From Nitrospirota bacterium (GTDB lineage Bacteria > Nitrospirota > Nitrospiria > Nitrospirales > NS-4): DNA of 64,000 bases. The notes under the pieces were generated by a model that saw only the letters and a list, made by a program, of their open reading frames with translations, did no database searches and was not told the DNA's origin. Made by a program: the position numbers and the translations under genes. Positions within the stretch are counted from its first letter, which is position 1. Every line of letters starts with the position of its first letter. The DNA lies in contig CAWBGA010000001.1 of the NCBI GenBank assembly GCA_963788195.1, positions 256,001 to 320,000 on the forward strand, given 5' to 3'. This document shows, piece after piece, positions 42,274-51,363 of this stretch.

Positions 42274-43130
42274 TGGACCTTCTTCGAGAAATGTTCGACT
42301 CCGAATTTCTTCTTCGGCACGCCCTGTACGCTAGCCTGACTATCGGCCTGGTCTGCCCGTTGGTCGGTGTCTACCTTGTTCTCCGGCGCATGGTGTTTCT
42401 TGGAATCGCGATTCCTCAAATTTCCGCGGCCGGGATCGCTTTCGCCTATCTGCTCCATACGCTGGGCGTTCATTTTTACCCCCATGAAGCAGAGGAACAG
42501 CTCATGGCGCTGACAGGATCGATTCTCTTTTCCGTGGGCGCGATCCTGGCGCTGGCGTCCCTGGACCTTAAGGGACGGGGGTGGGTGGAGGGTCGGATCG
42601 GCGCGACCTATGCGGGGGCCGCCGCCGCCAGCATTTTGTTTGTCGCCGCGAATCCCTATGGTGAATCGACCCTATTGTCTTTGCTCCGCGGAGACGTCCT
42701 TGGCATCTCGGCAGCCCAATTCTGGGCCACTATTGCAATCTATGCCGGAATCGCGGTTTTGACGCTGCTGCTGCAGAAAGAATTTACGTTCGTGTCCTTC
42801 GACCGCGAGATGGCCCTGAGCTTGGGAAAAAACGTTGCGGCGTGGGACCTGTGTTTATACCTGATGATCGGTCTCGCCATTGCCTTCGGCGTGATGACGG
42901 TTGGACCTCTGTTGATTTTCGGGTTTTTGATAATTCCGCCCTTGGCGGCCAGGCGGATTACCAAAGGCATGTGGCCGTTTTCGCTCGTATCTTCAGCCAT
43001 CGGAGGTATCACTGCCCTGGTAGGATTTTACCTGTCGCTCAGGTGGGATCTGCCCCTTGGACCGACCGACGTCGCCGTCGCGTGCGTGATTCTGGCGGCG
43101 ATCAGCGTTGCCAAAGCGATCAAGAGGTGA
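42273..43130 (+). CDS. Metal ABC transporter permease (ZnuB-like)
   Basis: GVYLVLRRMVFLG, SFDREMA, VGPLLIFGFLIIP, DLPLGP. Confidence 0.9.
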   Translation: MDLLREMFDSEFLLRHALYASLTIGLVCPLVGVYLVLRRMVFLGIAIPQISAAGIAFAYLLHTLGVHFYPHEAEEQLMALTGSILFSVGAILALASLDLKGRGWVEGRIGATYAGAAAASILFVAANPYGESTLLSLLRGDVLGISAAQFWATIAIYAGIAVLTLLLQKEFTFVSFDREMALSLGKNVAAWDLCLYLMIGLAIAFGVMTVGPLLIFGFLIIPPLAARRITKGMWPFSLVSSAIGGITALVGFYLSLRWDLPLGPTDVAVACVILAAISVAKAIKR

Positions 43131-43146
43131 TGAGATTAGCTAATGC

Positions 43147-43938
43147 TTAGTAGAGCTTCTCAATGGACCGCTCGTAATACGTCGGCATTTCTGGCGGAAC
43201 CCCAGGGGGCGCGCGCTTGGGAAATAGCTTTTCGTGATCTGCATTCTCTTTGGCCATCGTTTTTTTCTTGGCGGCATCGGATTCCACGGTTGCCACGGTC
43301 TTGACCGTCTTACCCCCTGAAGGCTCTACGATCTCGCGTGGGGTGGTGCCCGGCGCTCCGTCGAAGACAAACGCGTCGGTGAGGAATACGTGGCTGACGA
43401 TCCGCTGTACACCCGACATGCGGGCGAGCGTGATGACCCGGTCGAGTTCCTCGCGGCTTTTCGCCATGCCCATGAAATAGATTACTGAATTAACTGCACG
43501 CCATCGAAAGTTGATTGAAGTCAGCCCGGCAGCGAATACTAACTTGGCTTTCAACTTGTTTTCCATCAGGAGGTCAGTGACGCGCTGCGTCACACCTTCC
43601 TCTGTTGAGACCTGTATTTCATTGAAGAGCTCACGGACCCCTCTGGCCTGCCGTGCTATTTTTTCAGCCTTCTGTTTGTCTTTCTCTTCTTTGACGGCGC
43701 CCGTCAGCATCACCATGCCCTGGTAAACATCGGTGCTGACATTGAGGGACAAAGCCTCGTCGAAAAGTCCGCTTGTGATCTCCGATTTGATGGAATAGTC
43801 GTCTGCGACATTTAAAAGGGAGCGATCTGCGGCCAGCATGACACCGACATCGACGCCTGTTCTTACTGCCGTCGACACCCATTCGCAGCCTGACAGCAAG
43901 CTCAAAATGGCAAGTATTGTAATGAATCGAGTTCCCAT
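43147..43938 (-). CDS. BON-domain lipoprotein (DolP/OsmY-like)
   Basis: Lipobox LSGC; two BON-like domains (DDYSIKS...VMLTG; MENKLKAKL...IYFMG). Confidence 0.75.
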   Translation of the reverse strand: MGTRFITILAILSLLSGCEWVSTAVRTGVDVGVMLAADRSLLNVADDYSIKSEITSGLFDEALSLNVSTDVYQGMVMLTGAVKEEKDKQKAEKIARQARGVRELFNEIQVSTEEGVTQRVTDLLMENKLKAKLVFAAGLTSINFRWRAVNSVIYFMGMAKSREELDRVITLARMSGVQRIVSHVFLTDAFVFDGAPGTTPREIVEPSGGKTVKTVATVESDAAKKKTMAKENADHEKLFPKRAPPGVPPEMPTYYERSIEKLY

Positions 43939-44073
43939 TTCGGTAGATGCGATCCTTATATGCCATTCGGTCGACTGCGACCTCCTTCTCTCAGTTGAGG
44001 AGGGAGGTCAACCTTAATATCGGTAAGATGTTGGTGAAGCTTAAGAATACGGGGAAAAGTAGGTTATCTTGTC

Positions 44074-44772
44074 TTATCCAGACCTTTGGGACTCATCTGC
44101 CAGGAATTCCAGGAAGTATTGCCGGTTGAGAAAGCTGTGCTCGTTGGTTAGCTTGTAGCCCGCCTGACTCATCTCGTCGATAACTGTATCCCGGCGCACC
44201 AAATGGTCTTTTGAGAAACCGAGTTCCCCTGAGCGCTCATCGTGATAGAAATCGATGATCGCCACACGGCCGCCAGGCTTCAGCGACTCGCGGACGCGCC
44301 TAAAGTAGTCGGATCGCATGCTGAGGTGATGGTAGGTATTGCAGAGAAACACTAGATCCACCGAGCGCGGCGGTAGCATTGGATCATCAGGCTTTGCCAG
44401 GACAAATTTAGCGTTGTAGGGGGTGTGCAAGTGCTCCACCATCTCCTCGTTGTACCTGAGCATAGCGGGTTCCACATCAATGGCATACACCATGCCTTTA
44501 TCCTGAACAGCCCAAACGAACTTGCGGGTAAAATACCCGGACCCTGCCCCAATGTCGGCGATTGTCATGTATTCGTCCAACTGGAGTGCTTTGATCACTT
44601 CATCAGGTCTCTGATCCCTGTCACGTTGAGGCTTCTCCAGTGCATCGATATATTGCTGGATGTCGGATGGACCCCGTCGCTCAGAATGGCCCTGCCCGTG
44701 CTGCTGTGCCCAGGCAGGGTTCTCAATGAACGCGCAGAGGAAAAGTATGAGGAAGAAATGAAGTCTTTTCAC
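44074..44772 (-). CDS. Class I SAM methyltransferase with a predicted signal peptide
   Basis: IADIGAGSGYF, YAIDVE, NTYHH, LKPGG; N-terminus MKRLHFFLILFLCAF...AWA. Confidence 0.8.
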   Translation of the reverse strand: MKRLHFFLILFLCAFIENPAWAQQHGQGHSERRGPSDIQQYIDALEKPQRDRDQRPDEVIKALQLDEYMTIADIGAGSGYFTRKFVWAVQDKGMVYAIDVEPAMLRYNEEMVEHLHTPYNAKFVLAKPDDPMLPPRSVDLVFLCNTYHHLSMRSDYFRRVRESLKPGGRVAIIDFYHDERSGELGFSKDHLVRRDTVIDEMSQAGYKLTNEHSFLNRQYFLEFLADESQRSG

Positions 44773-44795
44773 GCAGAGCCTCTTTTTATCTTGTT

Positions 44796-45050
44796 GTCAC
44801 CCTGAACCCTTCACCTGGCATGCTGCGCCCTTCGATGTCATCCTGAGTCCTTCGGCTGTCATGCTGAATCCTTCGCTCGTCATCCTGAACGAAGTGAAGG
44901 ATCTCAATTCGACACTCAGGATAAACTCCGTGAAGCATCTCTCTTGCGTCTCAGGATAAACGCCGCGAAGCATCTCGATTGCGCGCTCAGGATAAACCCC
45001 GTGAAGGGTCTCGCTGCAGGAGTCAGATTCTTCGCTTCGCTCAGAATGAC
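44796..45050. repeat. Nested REP/REPIN-like palindromic cluster
   Basis: Four left halves, one complete GTCATCCTGAACGAAGTGAAGGATCT, three right halves CTCAGGATAAACNCCGYGAAGNNTCTC, and an inverted complete copy at 45025-45050. Confidence 0.9.
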
Positions 45051-45057
45051 AATGCAT

Positions 45058-45453
45058 CTAGCTCCACTCATCTGTGGGGTCGCGCGGGATGGTGGTTGCG
45101 AACATAATGGCGAGCGCCGGCAGAGCGGTCTTATTCGCTGCTGAATGGTAGACGTCCTTCGGCACCAGGAGCAAACGGCTCCCGGGCCGCAACACGATCA
45201 CCTCTCGCTCCTTCGATCGCACGTCCTCCAGGGTCATCTCAAGCTCTCCGTCGCGCATCCAGACTGCCACCTGGTGTTGCTTGTGATAGTGCATGCCGGC
45301 GGTCGCGCCGGGTTGAATCTGATTGGAATACACGTAGAGTATCGGTGCTCCCAGGGCCTGTTCAATGGCTTTTAGATCAAAAACCTCCTGTCGACGCCCC
45401 GGCTTGTGGGGATCTTCATCGATTTTGTATTCCAACCAACGGCTGACACTCAC
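45058..45453 (-). CDS. Cupin-domain protein
   Basis: GMHYHKQH and LLVPKDVYHS cupin motifs. Confidence 0.7.
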   Translation of the reverse strand: MSVSRWLEYKIDEDPHKPGRRQEVFDLKAIEQALGAPILYVYSNQIQPGATAGMHYHKQHQVAVWMRDGELEMTLEDVRSKEREVIVLRPGSRLLLVPKDVYHSAANKTALPALAIMFATTIPRDPTDEWS

Positions 45454-45467
45454 TTTCGGTTCACCCC

Positions 45468-47447
45468 TTATTTAATCTTCGATCCTGGAGGGACATCTTC
45501 GGCGGTCGTGAGGAGCGCGGTGAGGTCCTGATCGCCGGCCGCCAGAACCATTCCCTGGGATTCCAGTCCCATTAATTTGGCGGGCTTCATGTTTGCTACC
45601 ACCACGATCCGCTTGCCGATCAGGTCTTCCGGCGCATACTTGACACCGATGCCGGCGACAATTTGCCGTTGATCGGCGCCAAGATCGACCTGCAGCTTGA
45701 GAAGCTTTGTGGATTTTGGCACGCGCTCCGCGGTAAGGACGGTGCCTACGCGAAGGACGACCTTCTTGAAATCCTCGATGGTAATCTGTTCTTCAACGGA
45801 TGACGCTACTGAAGGTGTAGCGGGGGGCGAGACTGTCGGCATCGCCTCGGGTGACTGGGGGTCTGGCTGTTCGCTCACGCGTTTCGCTCCTTGGGTTGAT
45901 GAGTCGATTCTTGGGAAGAGGGGCCGGCCTTTTGCGATAGGGGTGCCGGGGAGGCTCCCTCCCCAGGTTATTTCAGAGGCCAGCAACGGCTTGGAGAAAT
46001 TTAGGAGAAGGCCAAGTTGCTGTTTCATCTCTTCGGCGGCCTGGGGTATAAATGGATGTAGTATGAGGCAGAGAAATCGCAGCGTCTCGACCGTATTATA
46101 GAGAACAGTCCTGAGCCGTCCCTCCTCGGCAGGGTTCTTGGCCAAATTCCACGGTGCGCATTTATCAATGTACTGATTGCCCAGCTGAACGACACCCCAG
46201 ATCGCCTCGAGTGCGCGATTGAATTCAAAGTTCTGAAGACAGTTGTAGACGAGAGACGGTAGCGCAACACAGGTTTCTTGCAAGGCCTTGTCTTGGTCCT
46301 GGCTTGCCGTGGGTTCAGGCTCAGGTACCCGTCCCCCCGCATAACGCTCCAGCATGGTGAGAGTCCGATTCAACAGGTTGCCGAGATCGTTGGCCAGATC
46401 GCTGTTGATACGGGTGAGTAGCGCCTGCCGTGAAAAGTCTCCATCCTGGCCGAAAGGGATCTCTCGCAAAAGAAAGTAGCGAAATTGGTCGACGCCAAAC
46501 TCGTCCACGATCGAATAGGGGTCGACCACGTTGCCGCGGCTCTTGGACATCTTCTCGCCGTTCACCGTCCACCAGCCATGCGCAAAGATGGTTCTTGGAA
46601 TCTCCAATTGCATGGCCTTGAGCATGGTCGACCAGTAGACGGAGTGGGTGGTCAGAATGTCTTTCCCGATAAGATGCACATCGGCAGGCCACCATTTGGC
46701 AAACGCGGCTTCGTCCACAAGATAGCCGGGTATGGAGATGTAGTTCACCAAGGCGTCGAACCATACATAGGTGACGTAATTGGCATCAAAGGGCAGCTCG
46801 ATCCCCCAGGTGAGCCGAGATTTGGGGCGTGAGATCGACAAATCCTCCAACGGCTTTTGAAGGAAGCCGAGGACTTCGTTCTGGCGCGAGCGTGGCCGGA
46901 TGAAGTCGGGATGCTGCTTGATGTATGCAATCAGCCAGTCCTGGTATTTGCTCATCCGGAAGAAGTAATTTGTCTCGCTGAGTTGCTCGACAGGGCGCTG
47001 GCAATCGGGGCACAGGCCGCCGATGACGTCCTTTTCGGTCCAGAACCGCTCGTCGAAGGTGCAATACCAACCGGTATAGCTGGCCTGATAGATCTCGCCT
47101 TTGTCGTACAGCTGCTGTAGCGCCTTTTGCACTACCTTCGTGTGCCTTGGCTCCGTCGTACGTACAAAGTCGTCGTTGGAGATGTTCAGTCGTTTCCAGA
47201 GTTTCACGAACTGCGGTGCAAGCCGGTCGCAATGCACCTGTGGCTCGACGCCGGCTTTGGCCGCCGCCTGCTGAACCTTTTGGCCGTGTTCATCGAGACC
47301 GGTCAGAAAGAAGACATGAGGGCTTCCAACTCTCAGCCGGTGATATCTCGCCAGGACGTCTGCAGCAATAGTGGTGTAGGCATGGCCGATATGCGGGACA
47401 TCGTTGACGTAATAGATCGGCGTGGTGATGTAAAAAGTCTTCTTCAA
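45468..47447 (-). CDS. metG: Methionine--tRNA ligase with C-terminal tRNA-binding domain
   Basis: YITTPIYYVNDVPHIGH, YVWFDAL, KMSKS, ESQGMVL. Confidence 0.97.
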   Translation of the reverse strand: MKKTFYITTPIYYVNDVPHIGHAYTTIAADVLARYHRLRVGSPHVFFLTGLDEHGQKVQQAAAKAGVEPQVHCDRLAPQFVKLWKRLNISNDDFVRTTEPRHTKVVQKALQQLYDKGEIYQASYTGWYCTFDERFWTEKDVIGGLCPDCQRPVEQLSETNYFFRMSKYQDWLIAYIKQHPDFIRPRSRQNEVLGFLQKPLEDLSISRPKSRLTWGIELPFDANYVTYVWFDALVNYISIPGYLVDEAAFAKWWPADVHLIGKDILTTHSVYWSTMLKAMQLEIPRTIFAHGWWTVNGEKMSKSRGNVVDPYSIVDEFGVDQFRYFLLREIPFGQDGDFSRQALLTRINSDLANDLGNLLNRTLTMLERYAGGRVPEPEPTASQDQDKALQETCVALPSLVYNCLQNFEFNRALEAIWGVVQLGNQYIDKCAPWNLAKNPAEEGRLRTVLYNTVETLRFLCLILHPFIPQAAEEMKQQLGLLLNFSKPLLASEITWGGSLPGTPIAKGRPLFPRIDSSTQGAKRVSEQPDPQSPEAMPTVSPPATPSVASSVEEQITIEDFKKVVLRVGTVLTAERVPKSTKLLKLQVDLGADQRQIVAGIGVKYAPEDLIGKRIVVVANMKPAKLMGLESQGMVLAAGDQDLTALLTTAEDVPPGSKIK

Positions 47448-47461
47448 TCGAGCTAAATGGA

Positions 47462-48466
47462 TCAGGCGGCTTTGGTCTGAAGCGCGTCGCGGAGCCGGAG
47501 GAGCACTCCCTCGAGAGTCAATTGCTTGTTGAGGTTTCGCTCCATGCCTTCTTGTAGGGTCTCGACAAACGCCGCCAATTCGAGAATCTTCTCCACGGTG
47601 AGGCGCGTCGCAAGGCGCTTCAGATCATCGAGGCAATCACTGTTGATCAGGCGGCCATGGTCTCCCCCAACCTTCACAATGGCAAGATCGCGAAACCACG
47701 CGGCGAGCCACCCGAGCGCCGCGTCGGCGTATTCTGATTTGGCGATAGCTTCGGCCACCTTGAACAGGGCTGCGACACTGTCAAGACAATCGCGGCTCAC
47801 GAGTTCCAGCAAGGCCGCCCGTTGCGCGCGGAGATCCTCTGTGTTGGCTTCGAGCGCGAACCCAACCCTTCCCCCGGATACCACTGACAGAAACCGCGCG
47901 TCACTGTCCGAGAGCCGCCGTTGCCGGATGAGAAGGTCTTTGACGAGACCGATGGGAAGCGGGGCGAATCGCAATTCCTGACACCGGGACCGGATGGTGG
48001 GCAGCAGGCATTCCGGATAGGCAGAGACCAGTATGATCAGACTCTGAGGCGGAGGCTCTTCGATGGTCTTGAGCAACGCATTTGCCGCTTCCTGCCTGAG
48101 CAAATCAGCATTATCGAGGATCACAATTTTGCGTGATCCAACGAGAGGCCGGTAGATGAATCGCGATTCAATCTCGCGCGTCTGGTCGGTTTCACCCTTG
48201 CCGCTGGTTGCTTGAATGATCGTGACATCCGGATGGGACCCAATGTCGATCTGGTGGCAAGAGCGACAAGTACCGCATGCGTCCGGCGGCGACAAGGCCG
48301 GTGCCGCTTCGCAGTTAATGGCCTGTGCGAGCACCTTGGCTACGAGCCGTTTGCCGATCCTGTCCTCGCCGTGAAATAGCAAGGCATGCGCGAGGCGTCC
48401 GCTTTCGAGCGCTGCTTGCAGGAAGCGCTGCGGCTGGGCGTGACCGATGATAGACTTAAACGGCAT
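47462..48466 (-). CDS. holB: DNA polymerase III delta' subunit
   Basis: AHALLF, CGTCRSC, HPD, AANALLKTIEEP, TIRSRC. Confidence 0.93.
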   Translation of the reverse strand: MPFKSIIGHAQPQRFLQAALESGRLAHALLFHGEDRIGKRLVAKVLAQAINCEAAPALSPPDACGTCRSCHQIDIGSHPDVTIIQATSGKGETDQTREIESRFIYRPLVGSRKIVILDNADLLRQEAANALLKTIEEPPPQSLIILVSAYPECLLPTIRSRCQELRFAPLPIGLVKDLLIRQRRLSDSDARFLSVVSGGRVGFALEANTEDLRAQRAALLELVSRDCLDSVAALFKVAEAIAKSEYADAALGWLAAWFRDLAIVKVGGDHGRLINSDCLDDLKRLATRLTVEKILELAAFVETLQEGMERNLNKQLTLEGVLLRLRDALQTKAA

Positions 48467-49136
48467 GAGGCTCCACTCTCGTTAAGCGATTGTGACTCCT
48501 GCCCAATCGTTCCTCCACAATCCGCCGAACAGCTTGCGCGACCAGGTCGGGTGGCGTGGTGCCATCAATAACACGGACGCGACGGGGTTCTTGCCGGGCG
48601 ATCCGGAGATAGCCTTTGCGGACCCTGTGATGAAACACGTCCTCTTCAAGATCGAGCCGATCCATATTGCCTGCCCGTCGTTTCCGATCCAGTCCGACGC
48701 CGACGGGGATATCTAGAAGGATCGTGAGGTTCGGGACTAGTCGACCTGATGCAAAGCGAATCAATTGGCGCGTGACGGAGGCACCTAGCCCGCGGCCGTA
48801 CCCCTGGTACGCAAGGGTCGCGTCAGCGTAGCGGTCACACAGTACGACCGCGCCTTTTTCCATTGAAGGCAGGATGATATCAGTAAGATGTTGCACGCGG
48901 CTGGCGAGATAGAGAAGCAGCTCGCACCGGGCATCCATGGCGCGATTGCCAGGAGCTAAGAGAACAGAACGGATCTGCTCACTGATCGGCGAACCGCCGG
49001 GCTCCCGGGTCTCGATGACCAGATATCCCAGAGATCGAAGGCGGTCGGCCAGTAGGTGGATCTGGGTCGTCTTCCCGGAGCCTTCGATCCCTTCAAAACT
49101 AAGTAAAAACCCCCGCTTTCGGCGCTCCCCCTGCAC
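48456..49136 (-). CDS. tmk: Thymidylate kinase
   Basis: FEGIEGSGKTTQ, TREPGG, CDRY, AYQGYGRG. Confidence 0.95.
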   Translation of the reverse strand: MQGERRKRGFLLSFEGIEGSGKTTQIHLLADRLRSLGYLVIETREPGGSPISEQIRSVLLAPGNRAMDARCELLLYLASRVQHLTDIILPSMEKGAVVLCDRYADATLAYQGYGRGLGASVTRQLIRFASGRLVPNLTILLDIPVGVGLDRKRRAGNMDRLDLEEDVFHHRVRKGYLRIARQEPRRVRVIDGTTPPDLVAQAVRRIVEERLGRSHNRLTRVEPHAV

Positions 49137-49212
49137 TCCTCAATGGCCTCCTTATGTGATTTTGGTAAGTCGTGAATGATAGTTTAACTCATTGAAAATA
49201 GCAAGAAATGGC

Positions 49213-49241
49213 TTGCGCGTGTCCCTGGATGTTTGTATGAT
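49213..49241 (+). promoter_or_regulatory. Putative sigma70 promoter for the DUF502-glmU-glmS operon
   Basis: TTGCGC-17 nt-TATGAT. Confidence 0.55.
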
Positions 49242-49283
49242 GAACCGCAGTACTTCGGCGCTATCTGAGACCGCACGCACACC

Positions 49284-49931
49284 ATGTTCAAAATCGTGCT
49301 CAAACGGTACTTTTTGACCGGGCTCTTGGTCGTGGTTCCCATCTGGGGAACGATCCTTGTCCTTAAAACTTTGTTTGTCACCTTCGATGGCCTCCTCGGG
49401 GATTTACCTGAACGTTACATAACGCATCGCTATCCCGGCTTAGGGATTCTTCTTCTCTTGATCGTCATCTTCACAGCCGGTCTGCTCACGAGAAATATCG
49501 TCGGGCGTCGCATTGTTGCCGGTTGGGAGGATCTGCTTAAGCGTGTGCCCCTAGTTCGTGGAATTTACGCCACGATTAAATCCATGATGGACGTGTTGGC
49601 CTACCAGGAAAAGGAGAAGGGCAAGGATAAATACAGGGGTGTGGTGATGATTGAATTCCCGCGCAAGGGACAATATGCGCTGGCGCTCGTCACAGGGGTG
49701 ACCCCGGGAGAAGTCCAGGGAATCAGTACCGACCGCGTCATCAATGTGTATGTGCCAACCTCGCCGAATCCGACCTCCGGCTATTTGCTTTTTGTACCGG
49801 AGCGCGAATTGATACCCGTCAACATGACCGTTGATGAAGCCATGAAAATGATGTTCTCCGGAGGAATGTACACCCCAGCGCCGCCCGCTGCCGAGCCGGT
49901 CGGTACCGGTGGCGTGCACCGGGGGATCTAG
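49284..49931 (+). CDS. DUF502 membrane protein
   Basis: YFLTGLLV, VPLVRGIY, IEFPRKG, VPTSPNPTSG. Confidence 0.9.
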   Translation: MFKIVLKRYFLTGLLVVVPIWGTILVLKTLFVTFDGLLGDLPERYITHRYPGLGILLLLIVIFTAGLLTRNIVGRRIVAGWEDLLKRVPLVRGIYATIKSMMDVLAYQEKEKGKDKYRGVVMIEFPRKGQYALALVTGVTPGEVQGISTDRVINVYVPTSPNPTSGYLLFVPERELIPVNMTVDEAMKMMFSGGMYTPAPPAAEPVGTGGVHRGI

Positions 49932-49934
49932 CTC

Positions 49935-51362
49935 ATGAAGCGACCGTCGGTCATTATTTTAGCGGCCGGTGAGGGGACGCGCATGCGTTCAAAGCTCACC
50001 AAGGTCCTCCATCCAATCGGCGGCCGCCCCATGGTCCTCTATGCCCTTGAGCTTGCAGAGGCACTGGCGAGCGGCGGCAAGTCAAACATTGCGGTTATCA
50101 CCGGACATCAAGCCGAGAGAGTAAAAGATGTGATCAGCGGATACAACGTTATCCCGGTTGTACAGGCACGGCGGCTTGGTACGGGCCATGCGGTTGCGCA
50201 GGCCCAGCCGGTGTTCGAGGCGGGTGAGGGATGGCGTAAGCGACGATTTATTATCCTCAGTGGCGATACCCCATTGTTACGACAGGCGACTATTCAACGG
50301 ATGCTGGCCCATCACGACTCTGAACGTGCTCTGATCACAGTGCTCACGGCGCATCTCGAGCAACCCGCTGGGTACGGGCGCATAGTGCGGGGGCGCGATG
50401 GATATGTATGGCGAATTGTTGAAGACAAAGATGCCACTCCTGCTGAACGACGCATCAGCGAGGTCAATGCCGGGACCTACATCGTGGAAGGTCATTTCCT
50501 ATTTCCCGCGCTCAGCCAGTTGAAGCCTTCCAATGCGCAGAAGGAATACTACCTGACGGACATTATCTCGATCGCCGTCGGGCTGGGAAAGCGAGTGACG
50601 GCTTATCCCGCTGATGATCCGATCGAAGCGCTGGGCATCAATACGCGGCAGGACCTGGCCGAGGCGGAGCGACTGATGCGGTCCCGTATCCGAGAGCGGC
50701 TAATGGCTGCGGGTGTAACATTTTTGGCTCCGGAAACGAGCTTTGTCGATTCGGAAGTGCAGATCGGTCGAGACTGCGTCATCCATCCGCACACCACCTT
50801 GGAAGGTCGTACAATCATTGGGGAGGATTGTGTGATTCGGTCCCATTGCCGTATCACAGAAAGCGTCCTCACCCGAGGTGTTACCGTGCTGGACGCGTGT
50901 GTCATCGAAGGAGCCCGCCTGGAGGAGGGCTGCGTCGTCGGCCCGTTTTCGCGACTTCGCCCGGGGACGATCATCAGGCGGGCGGCAAAGGTAGGGAACT
51001 TTGTGGAGATGAAGAAAGCGGAACTTGGCATCGGAGCCAAGGCGAATCACTTGAGTTATCTGGGCGATGCTCGAATCGGGAAACGAGTGAACATCGGCGC
51101 GGGGACGATCACCTGCAACTATGACGGGGTGAGCAAACATCAAACCGTCATCGGGGATGATGTATTCATCGGCAGCGATGTGTCGCTGGTCGCTCCGGTG
51201 CAGATCGGCAGGGGCGCGATCATCGGAGCGGGGTCGGTCGTGACAGACAATGTCCCCGCGGAAGCGCTGGCGTTGGGCAGGGCGAGACAAGTGGTGAAGG
51301 CGGGACGGGCGAAGACATGGCGTCAGAAGAACGGCGCAAAGCCTTCGAGAGGCAAACACTAG
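49935..51362 (+). CDS. glmU: Bifunctional GlmU
   Basis: LAAGEGTRMRS, LGTGHAV, EYYLTD, GNFVEMK, HLSYLGDA, TITCNYDG. Confidence 0.96.
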   Translation: MKRPSVIILAAGEGTRMRSKLTKVLHPIGGRPMVLYALELAEALASGGKSNIAVITGHQAERVKDVISGYNVIPVVQARRLGTGHAVAQAQPVFEAGEGWRKRRFIILSGDTPLLRQATIQRMLAHHDSERALITVLTAHLEQPAGYGRIVRGRDGYVWRIVEDKDATPAERRISEVNAGTYIVEGHFLFPALSQLKPSNAQKEYYLTDIISIAVGLGKRVTAYPADDPIEALGINTRQDLAEAERLMRSRIRERLMAAGVTFLAPETSFVDSEVQIGRDCVIHPHTTLEGRTIIGEDCVIRSHCRITESVLTRGVTVLDACVIEGARLEEGCVVGPFSRLRPGTIIRRAAKVGNFVEMKKAELGIGAKANHLSYLGDARIGKRVNIGAGTITCNYDGVSKHQTVIGDDVFIGSDVSLVAPVQIGRGAIIGAGSVVTDNVPAEALALGRARQVVKAGRAKTWRQKNGAKPSRGKH

Positions 51363-51363
51363 C

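Noticed and set aside
44915..45012. Three 27-bp direct repeats resembling a mini CRISPR array
   Set aside because: Spacers are only 8-9 bp, the repeats are right halves of a nested REP, and there are no cas genes in the window.
44797..45144. Short ORFs (86 aa and 66 aa) over the REP cluster
   Set aside because: Translations of palindromic repeats, not credible genes; the same applies to 37720-38004 and 57885-58076.
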